Virus record (IMG/VR): IMGVR_UViG_3300045988_169898
Reading direction: 5' to 3' (one strand)
Length of the DNA stretch: 53,299 nucleotides
DNA from: a virus
Positions 34,509 to 40,999 of the stretch are shown piece after piece (the stretch's first letter is position 1; each line of letters starts with the position of its first letter). The notes beneath the pieces are model-generated. The model saw nothing but the letters and a program-made list of their open reading frames with translations. It did not search any database and was not told the DNA's origin. The translations under genes were made by a program, and so were the position numbers.

Positions 34509-35795
34509 TCAATCTCCTTTTATTGACATAAATAAATCTGCCAATCTTTCCTTGTTTTTAACAGCATTCCATATTTTTGTTTCGATAGTATCTTTATGCA
34601 ACAATATATCTATTTGAACATCATCGGTTTGTCCCATTCGATATATTCGGTGTATCATTTGATTGTATTTTATATACGAATAATCCAAATTGTAAAACGT
34701 CATATGTTTACACATTTGCAAGTTAAACGACTCACATTTTGAACATTGTAACAAAAGTATATTTGCCTTGCCTTTCTTAAAGTCGTCAACTATTTCTGTA
34801 TATGTACAACCAGCTATCGTCAGTTCTTTTTGTATCGCAATTAAATCTGCCTCAAACCTATAAACTATTGTTCTCGGTCCAGAAATCATATGGTCACGAA
34901 GCCAGTCAAGTTTTCGATTTCGTTCTATGTCGTAAATTTTTCTATTGCCTTCGTCATCATATACATATAAAAAGCCATTTACTGCCTGATGTGCTTTTTG
35001 AATTGCTGATAGTTTCGTCATTGTGCTTTCATAATCAGGAATTGCAATAATACCATCTTCTGCTTGTAAATATTCTTTTGTAGGTGTATATGGTATTTCT
35101 ACGACATTTACTTTTATGTCTGGCATATTATCTTCTTCGTCGTAGCCTATTCTTTGAGTATACATTGCAATATTTCGTTCCCAACCGGCTTTGTATTTTT
35201 CATTTATTCCGATAGGAATTGTTACCATCTGTCCGTGGAAAAACTTTTTATCAACATCACAACACAGCTGAACAAATTGAGTATATGTAATATTACCCCA
35301 ATCACTTATGCACATGTTGTGAAACTGACAATAAATATCTACGTCACTATTACCTCTCGGTGTTCCCGACAAACCCCAAACATATTCTGCTTTTTTAGAA
35401 AGCATGTATACAAGTTTTGAAGATTTTGCATTATGTGATTTAATCTTATGGCATTCGTCAACAATTATTACGTCCCATTTTATTGATAATAATTTTGCCT
35501 TCGTCTTATCTTGTATCGCTGCGGTCAAACTCATAAGAACTGTATTCTTAGGTAAAATATTTTGAGGCTCTATTTCAGCAAGCCACATATTTTTTATTGC
35601 ATCAGCGGTAGAAAGAATTAAAACTCTTGCATTTCCATTTTTCGATTTGTCTACATCTCTCAATGCATCTATCGTAGGATAAGTTTTTCCTTTTCCAGGT
35701 TTGTAATATAAACAACAATGTTTTCTTTCTAATAAAAACAAATAGCCGAGTTCTTGATAGTCTCGTCTATTCAATAAATATTCGTCGTAAAGCAT
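34509..35795 (-). CDS. SNF2/DEAD-like (SF2) helicase
   Basis: 428 aa with motif I KPGKGKTY, motif II IIVDECHK (DExH) and motif VI QMIHRIYRMGQ. Confidence 0.8.
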   Translation of the reverse strand: MLYDEYLLNRRDYQELGYLFLLERKHCCLYYKPGKGKTYPTIDALRDVDKSKNGNARVLILSTADAIKNMWLAEIEPQNILPKNTVLMSLTAAIQDKTKAKLLSIKWDVIIVDECHKIKSHNAKSSKLVYMLSKKAEYVWGLSGTPRGNSDVDIYCQFHNMCISDWGNITYTQFVQLCCDVDKKFFHGQMVTIPIGINEKYKAGWERNIAMYTQRIGYDEEDNMPDIKVNVVEIPYTPTKEYLQAEDGIIAIPDYESTMTKLSAIQKAHQAVNGFLYVYDDEGNRKIYDIERNRKLDWLRDHMISGPRTIVYRFEADLIAIQKELTIAGCTYTEIVDDFKKGKANILLLQCSKCESFNLQMCKHMTFYNLDYSYIKYNQMIHRIYRMGQTDDVQIDILLHKDTIETKIWNAVKNKERLADLFMSIKGD

Positions 35796-36152
35796 TTAAT
35801 TTTCCTCATCACCTGTAAATTTTAGCATAAGTGCCTCTACAATGTCCGGATCGTCTATCGAAAACCAGAGTCCAGATGCCTTTTGGATTTGTTTTCCTAC
35901 AATTATTTGAGCATCGGAGCTGTCGTAAACTTTCTTGTTTCTTTTTACCTCTATTCCTACGAATAATCCTACTTTAGCATTTTCTCCGAACAACTCTACA
36001 ATCTTTTTCAATGTAACAGGTACACAAGCGGTTAAATCAGGTCTACCTTTTTCTGTATACATACTTTGTGCATTCTTGTATACATAACCACCGTACTTTC
36101 TAATCGTTCGTATCATTTTTGCTTGGACATCACTCTCTAACTTGTTTGCCAT
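35796..36152 (-). CDS. VRR-NUC family nuclease
   Basis: The PD-(D/E)xK signature is GRPDLTACVP ... FVGIEVKRNK. I start at MANKLE (ATG 36152, GGAGG 7 nt upstream). The ORF-track start at 36206 would run into the tRNA-like element. Confidence 0.75.
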   Translation of the reverse strand: MANKLESDVQAKMIRTIRKYGGYVYKNAQSMYTEKGRPDLTACVPVTLKKIVELFGENAKVGLFVGIEVKRNKKVYDSSDAQIIVGKQIQKASGLWFSIDDPDIVEALMLKFTGDEEN

Positions 36153-36175
36153 AAATACCTCCATAATAATCATTG

Positions 36176-36243
36176 TGCGAAAAACCGGATTTGAACCGGT
36201 ATACAAGGTTTTACATTAAACTATTTTCACATAATATTTCGAC
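36176..36243 (-). ncRNA. Degenerate tRNA-like element (68 nt; possible pseudo-tRNA, anticodon position UGU)
   Basis: Reading the minus strand: acceptor GTCGAAA/TTTTCGC pairs at 6 of 7 including one G-U. The T-arm ACCGG-TTCAAAT-CCGGT is canonical. The anticodon stem AGTTT/AACCT has one mismatch, and the loop AATGTAA lacks U33. The D-arm is reduced to about 11 nt with no GG. It lies 23 nt upstream of the VRR-NUC ATG. Confidence 0.35.
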
Positions 36244-36318
36244 GTTTCAGGTTCCGTCCGGGATTTCAACCGAGTGTAATATTTACACACCTAAACAACA
36301 AGTATTATTTATTATGAA

Positions 36319-36738
36319 TTACGCTTCTTTGTATTCTACGATTTTGTAACTTGTCTTTTCTTCAACTCCATCTTGGAACGTTCCATCATCAAGAGGAATT
36401 TTAACCTGCTTTTCGTAAATCTGTTCTTCAACGACACCTCTGAACTTTTTGCCAACAAGTTCGTTTCCGATGGTTTCATAATCGCAAGAAAATGAGTTAA
36501 TCTTTTCTTTTGTATTAAGTTTAAGGCAAGCCTTGATGAGGTTGTTGTACGACCATCTTGCTTTCGGATCAAGCGAATGATAAATAGTAGCACGTCCTTC
36601 ATCGCTTTTAACGTTGAATACAGCCATCATATTGTCATTCTTGCTGTCCTTAAGTTCGTAGTCTGTAATTTCAAACTCAAATTCGCCTTCTTTGCTCAAA
36701 AATCCTACGCTTTCGTAGTCACTAAACTTTTCTACCAT
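36319..36738 (-). CDS. DUF669-like putative ssDNA-binding protein
   Basis: 139 aa. SKEGEFEFEITDYELKDSKNDNMMAVFNVKSDEGRATIY fits the DUF669 pattern (..G.Y...I......S..G..M......V..G...G..I). It is adjacent to a Sak4-like ATPase, which is the usual pairing. Confidence 0.5.
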   Translation of the reverse strand: MVEKFSDYESVGFLSKEGEFEFEITDYELKDSKNDNMMAVFNVKSDEGRATIYHSLDPKARWSYNNLIKACLKLNTKEKINSFSCDYETIGNELVGKKFRGVVEEQIYEKQVKIPLDDGTFQDGVEEKTSYKIVEYKEA

Positions 36739-36752
36739 TGTGATATTCTCCT

Positions 36753-37598
36753 TTAATTATTTTCGTTATTTTCTTCTGTTTCTTGTTCGCCGTCTTCTGT
36801 TGTTAAAACGTTTGCAGCATCTAACCTTCCGGCTTTGATTAGTTTCTGCCACTTATCATAGTTAAAGTCCTCTATGAATGCGCCTTTCTGCAAAAGAATG
36901 TCTCTTGTTCCCGTGTCCATCAAAGGATGCGGTCCTACATATGTAAGGAACTTAACATCTCTCTCACCGTCATCGTTGATTACCGTTTTTCTGCAACAAT
37001 AAAAGATGTTCGATGCGTCCTTCATATATTTGACGCCACTCTTAATTGTCAGGTCCGGAATAATTCTGATTTCCTTGTTCAAGCCGCTGGTCTCATACAG
37101 TTCTTGCTCTGATGTGTGAGTTATCCATACAATAATTACTTGTTGTTCTTCGCTAAATCGTTTCATATTGTCCTTTATGTTAAGGACCATCTTTGCTACG
37201 TCGCCCCACTCTTGCTGAGACAGTAGACGTCCACCTTTTGCAAATTCAAGGTACGATTTGTAATCGTCTTGCAATGAACCAACAGTATCAATTACAATCG
37301 TTTTGAATTTATCAGCATCCGGCTTTCTCAGTTCTGCTAACAGCATTGCGAGTTTTTCGATAGATGTTTTTGCTATTTTTCCGCCTATAACAGGGTCGTT
37401 TTTAAGATTTTTTACTTTAATCAAGCCTTTTTCTACCTCGTCCCGATATTTAGTAAAAAGAACTCTTCCTCCACCATCGTCTCCTACTGATACGTATAAC
37501 AATGGTTTCGGATAACTACCTGCAATAAGCGTCTTGCCTGACTTTGGCTTACCCATATATAAATCTATGCTATGAGTAATGAAAGTATCATATTGCAT
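36753..37598 (-). CDS. RecA-fold AAA ATPase (Sak4-like recombination protein)
   Basis: 281 aa with Walker A MGKPKSGKT and Walker B TIVIDTVGS. The C-terminal tail is acidic. Context is a replication/recombination module. Confidence 0.7.
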   Translation of the reverse strand: MQYDTFITHSIDLYMGKPKSGKTLIAGSYPKPLLYVSVGDDGGGRVLFTKYRDEVEKGLIKVKNLKNDPVIGGKIAKTSIEKLAMLLAELRKPDADKFKTIVIDTVGSLQDDYKSYLEFAKGGRLLSQQEWGDVAKMVLNIKDNMKRFSEEQQVIIVWITHTSEQELYETSGLNKEIRIIPDLTIKSGVKYMKDASNIFYCCRKTVINDDGERDVKFLTYVGPHPLMDTGTRDILLQKGAFIEDFNYDKWQKLIKAGRLDAANVLTTEDGEQETEENNENN

Positions 37599-37610
37599 AT
37601 TGTGCCTCCT

Positions 37611-38075
37611 TCATATTATAAATTTTATTACTTCGTTAAATTTTTGTTTCTTCCAATTATAAGTAAATACCTCTGTCTTAGTGAACTTGTCTAACATTGT
37701 AAGTATTAACTTATAAGCATCTTTTATTTTTGTAGCAGTTTCTTTGTCAACAATATTGTTTTCGCCTCGTTTCATACTATCTTCAAAAGCAGAGTCAGTA
37801 TCACAAAGTATTATTTTGCAATATTTTAACAAATAGCACATCTGTTCTAATGTTATGTTCCCTGCCTTCTCATCGTCAACAGCCCTATAAACAAGGTCAG
37901 TTATAAAACTTCGGTCAATTATTGCATCACCTTTGTTTATTAACTTAATCCATTGTTCGTATGGATTTGTTTCAGAACGACTTACCGTAGGCTCTACATT
38001 AAAACCGAACTCTTTTAACTGTTTACAAAGTGTCGTTTTTCCTGAGCCATCGGCTCCTTCTAATAGTATCAACAT
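37611..38075 (-). CDS. P-loop deoxynucleoside/dNMP kinase (Tmk/dNK fold)
   Basis: 154 aa. The P-loop is LLEGADGSGKTT, and IIDRSFITDLVY resembles the (E/D)RS motif of dNK/Tmk kinases. Substrate is unknown. Confidence 0.65.
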   Translation of the reverse strand: MLILLEGADGSGKTTLCKQLKEFGFNVEPTVSRSETNPYEQWIKLINKGDAIIDRSFITDLVYRAVDDEKAGNITLEQMCYLLKYCKIILCDTDSAFEDSMKRGENNIVDKETATKIKDAYKLILTMLDKFTKTEVFTYNWKKQKFNEVIKFII

Positions 38076-38076
38076 A

Positions 38077-39012
38077 TTATTTACCTGTAGAACCTAACTT
38101 TCCTGAGGTCCTCTTTCCTTGTTTTTTAACAACTACGTTGTCTATGTTACTTCTATTGAAAGGAACGGTTACCACCTGACAAAATGCTTCACCTTTTTTG
38201 TATTCTATAATGCTATTACTTACATTATGAACTATTGCCTCTACCTCTCCGTTATAATTGGGGTCTATCGGACACATAGCCAAAATTATTCCTTTCGATG
38301 CCGCAGAAGTTCTACTGCAAAGTAAAGCCATTTCACCTTCTTTGGGAGTTACTTTAACTTTAAGACTGAAACTTTGTGTAGACATTGGCATAAATACTAC
38401 ATCTTCTTGTAAACAAATATCTATTCCTGCATCGTCTTCATAACCTTTAACAAATATGTTTTTGTTATGTTCTTCCTTTTCAATAGGAATATTGTATTTT
38501 TTACAAAAACTTTCATATTCTTCGTCAAACTTACGTTTTGTAGATTTATAAACCCGTGTAGAGAAGTCGCCACTCGGAAAACGAAGTTCGTATTCTATGA
38601 ATTTATAACAAGCCATCAGGTCTGCAAGATGAACTACTTCTGATGTAATTGCATCTTTTTTACCTATGATATGACTTTCAAACAGTTCCTCTTCGTCGTC
38701 TATTTGTTTACGAAGTCCGTTTACTTTATCTTTTGTGACCGAAAGAATGTCGCCACGAAGTAACTCTAAGGAGTCGTGAAGCATAGCAAGTCTTATCATA
38801 TACTCAAAGTCTATTTTGTTCTTCAACTCTTCGTTCTTTACAATAAAGAAATCATAAAGTTTGATTGAACAAGCACAAACAAGGTGAGTATGTTCTGCAA
38901 GATTTTCCTTTTCACGAAGGTCCCTTCCGTTCCATCGGTTTAGACATCTCATTTGTAATGCATTATCTGCAATATCGAAGTTTTCTAAAAACTCTTTTAC
39001 ATCTTCTTGCAT
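38077..39012 (-). CDS. Fusion protein: YfbR-type HD 5'-deoxynucleotidase (N-terminal) + trimeric dUTPase (C-terminal)
   Basis: The N-terminal half has LNRWNGRDLREKENLAEH, AMLHDSLELLRGDI and ADLMACYKFIEYEL. These parallel E. coli YfbR NRW..ENVSEH, YHDASEVLTGDL and ADALCAYLKCLEEL. The C-terminal half has dUTPase motifs 1-5: DAGIDI, CSRTSAA, PIDPNYNGEV, GEAFCQVV and GKRTSGKLGSTG. Confidence 0.8.
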   Translation of the reverse strand: MQEDVKEFLENFDIADNALQMRCLNRWNGRDLREKENLAEHTHLVCACSIKLYDFFIVKNEELKNKIDFEYMIRLAMLHDSLELLRGDILSVTKDKVNGLRKQIDDEEELFESHIIGKKDAITSEVVHLADLMACYKFIEYELRFPSGDFSTRVYKSTKRKFDEEYESFCKKYNIPIEKEEHNKNIFVKGYEDDAGIDICLQEDVVFMPMSTQSFSLKVKVTPKEGEMALLCSRTSAASKGIILAMCPIDPNYNGEVEAIVHNVSNSIIEYKKGEAFCQVVTVPFNRSNIDNVVVKKQGKRTSGKLGSTGK

Positions 39013-39971
39013 TATTTGTTCTCCTCGTAATAATCCATTGTTTTAATCATATTTTTAGCAACATCAGGTTGACTGCCATCATATGTTGTATTTAATTTGG
39101 CACCTGATTTCCATTGTAAAATCAATGCACGTTCCTTTTCGGTCAGGTAATTTGAGCCTGTGTCATACATTCTTTCAAGTTCCATTTTCCAACCAGACTT
39201 TCTCCAATCGTTTAATGCAGGAAGTTCAGGCGTATATTCCGACCGAGCCGTAAAGTCACTATTGAAAAGTCTTTCTCTTGTGTAGAAACCATCATTTATA
39301 CATTTTGCCTCAGAGAATATCCAATTATACAACTTCCAACTATTCACATCGGTTACGCTGTCCATCAGTTTTCTTACTTCTCGATACATCAGTCTGTAAA
39401 CATAATTGCATTCGTCACAGAAGTTGCTCGATGTTCTACTGAAACAAGACCTTACAAAGTCCTGAGGAGTATAACTTGCTGTCAAAGATATTACCTGAGG
39501 ATGCAGTCCTACATATCTTGCCTCTATCGTAGGAATTTCCTTTTCACAAGCAATGATGTATGCCTCTTCGAGTAACTTTTGAGCCTCTTTAAGTTTATCC
39601 ATTATCTCATCGTCTTTATAAATAGACATCGGAATATTGAACTCTTGTGTAAGAGGAAATACTCCTGTGCTACTACTTGCAAAGATTGCACTGTCTCTTG
39701 TCAATTGTGCAAGACAAATTCTCGAAATGTTTTCTATACGAAATTGAAGTCTAATGCCTTGCAATGCAAATTTAGGCAATGTTTTACCGTCGATAATCTT
39801 TTGGATAAGTTTTTTACAATCATCTGAGTTTTCGTCATATGTTTCTTGCAATGGAATATAGTAATCGTGTGATAAACGACCGAACTCATATACACTTTTT
39901 GCAAAATCATTTCCCGGAGATTGAATTAAGGTGACTTTAATGTTTTCATATCCGTTATTAAATTTAGCCAT
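39012..39971 (-). CDS. ThyX-fold protein with a non-canonical signature (divergent flavin-dependent thymidylate-synthase-like)
   Basis: 319 aa. LQFRIENISRICLAQLTRDSAIFASSSTG aligns by eye to the ThyX core f.I.giSR....QL.RHR..S....S.RY, but RHR is replaced by TRD and the terminal RY by VF. SRTSSNFCDECNYVYR sits where ThyX has R....AQ.EIR. Confidence 0.55.
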   Translation of the reverse strand: MAKFNNGYENIKVTLIQSPGNDFAKSVYEFGRLSHDYYIPLQETYDENSDDCKKLIQKIIDGKTLPKFALQGIRLQFRIENISRICLAQLTRDSAIFASSSTGVFPLTQEFNIPMSIYKDDEIMDKLKEAQKLLEEAYIIACEKEIPTIEARYVGLHPQVISLTASYTPQDFVRSCFSRTSSNFCDECNYVYRLMYREVRKLMDSVTDVNSWKLYNWIFSEAKCINDGFYTRERLFNSDFTARSEYTPELPALNDWRKSGWKMELERMYDTGSNYLTEKERALILQWKSGAKLNTTYDGSQPDVAKNMIKTMDYYEENK

Positions 39972-40552
39972 TATTCAATGCCCTCCCATTTGTTCTCGAT
40001 TTTTATCGTTTCATAATCTTGTCCCATCAAAAGTTTTGAAAACTCTTTCAATGTTGTGCAAGTACCTGTGAATGCAAGCATTACATTTGTGTGTGACAAG
40101 AAGGTGGTATCGTCCAAGCCTAACAACACAATTTTCTTTTTCAACGAGTATGCCATTCCGATTTCCCAAGCCGTTCCAACGTCTTTTTCATCTACGAATG
40201 CGACTACCATATCACAATCTTGTATGTTCTCGACGTTCTTTGTAAATGCATCGTAAGGTTTATCATTTACTTGACATCTCGGAAAGAAAACTTCATACTC
40301 ACTGTAAGGAGTAGATGCTGCTGCGATTACGGTTGCCGAATTGTAAAACGAGTTAGACTTCTCGTTGAACCAAGGTCCTGCAAAATATATCTTTTTTGTT
40401 TTCTTACGTTGTTCGCAAATCGTTTCCTTAGGAAGGACACTTAAAGCTGCCATTTGTTCTTTTGCAATGAGTTCTCTGAGTTGTTTTACATCGAGCGAAT
40501 TGTATGTGCTCACACCTCTCGAAGTGCCTGTTTTACCTGCCTCAGTTGTCAT
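39971..40552 (-). CDS. Nucleoside 2-deoxyribosyltransferase family protein
   Basis: KKIYFAGPWFNEKSNSFYN and CDMVVAFVDEKDVGTAWEIGMAYSLKKKIVLL mirror Lactobacillus NDT TIYFGAGWFTDRQNKAYK and NDIMLGVYIPDEEDVGLGMELGYALSQGKYVLL. The catalytic Glu is conserved in WEIG. There is a roughly 50-aa N-terminal extension. Confidence 0.75.
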   Translation of the reverse strand: MTTEAGKTGTSRGVSTYNSLDVKQLRELIAKEQMAALSVLPKETICEQRKKTKKIYFAGPWFNEKSNSFYNSATVIAAASTPYSEYEVFFPRCQVNDKPYDAFTKNVENIQDCDMVVAFVDEKDVGTAWEIGMAYSLKKKIVLLGLDDTTFLSHTNVMLAFTGTCTTLKEFSKLLMGQDYETIKIENKWEGIE

Positions 40553-40805
40553 TTTCTTTTACCTCATCATATTGCGGGTCGTTCATATACTTATTGATAA
40601 GGTCTGTAACGTCACTCGCAGATTTTATAACTCCGTCTTTTAACAAGCATTTAATTACAACGGTCATAGCGAAAGCAGTTTCTGCTACATTCGAACCTTT
40701 GGCCAGGTCTACGATGTAAGTATTTTTGCTTTCATTAAATGCGACAGCCATCAAAATGACAGAGTCGTCAGTGTTAGTTGATACATTTTTTTGTTCTTCG
40801 TTCAT
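40542..40805 (-). CDS. Hypothetical 87-aa protein, first gene of the nucleotide-cassette operon
   Basis: GAGAGG RBS. It overlaps the NDT-like start by 11 nt. No motif recognised. Confidence 0.55.
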   Translation of the reverse strand: MNEEQKNVSTNTDDSVILMAVAFNESKNTYIVDLAKGSNVAETAFAMTVVIKCLLKDGVIKSASDVTDLINKYMNDPQYDEVKENDN

Positions 40806-40904
40806 AAGTTAACCTCTCTTTTTTGGTAAGATTTTTATTTTTCGTATTATATTATATTCAAATTTTTTAATTATATTCCCAATCATATTATATCCTTTAA
40901 CGAA

Positions 40905-40979
40905 TTTTAATATATAATAGAATGAAATTATATATAATATTGATTAGATATTCAACCGATTAGATATTATATATTAAAA
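40905..40979. repeat. AT-only inverted-repeat element, copy C
   Basis: The arms are TTTTAATATATAAT (40905-40918) and ATTATATATTAAAA (40966-40979) with a 47-nt spacer. The spacer contains the direct repeat GATTAGATATT twice. It lies in the 194-nt AT-rich gap between the ligase gene and the nucleotide cassette. Confidence 0.85.
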
Positions 40980-40999
40980 AATGAATATAAAGTAATACC

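Noticed and set aside
36153-36206. N-terminal extension MYTGSNPVFRTMIIMEVF of the VRR-NUC ORF
   Set aside because: It is read from the tRNA-like T-arm and acceptor sequence. The internal ATG at 36152 has a GGAGG RBS.
36176-36243. attP site / integration module based on the tRNA 3'-half-like sequence
   Set aside because: No tyrosine or serine recombinase, excisionase or CI-like repressor ORF is present anywhere in the genome.
38503-39012. HD domain as DatZ of a 2-aminoadenine (dZ) pathway
   Set aside because: No PurZ (adenylosuccinate-synthetase-like, GDEGKGK-type) or MazZ-like ORF is present. The HD domain matches the YfbR pattern closely.
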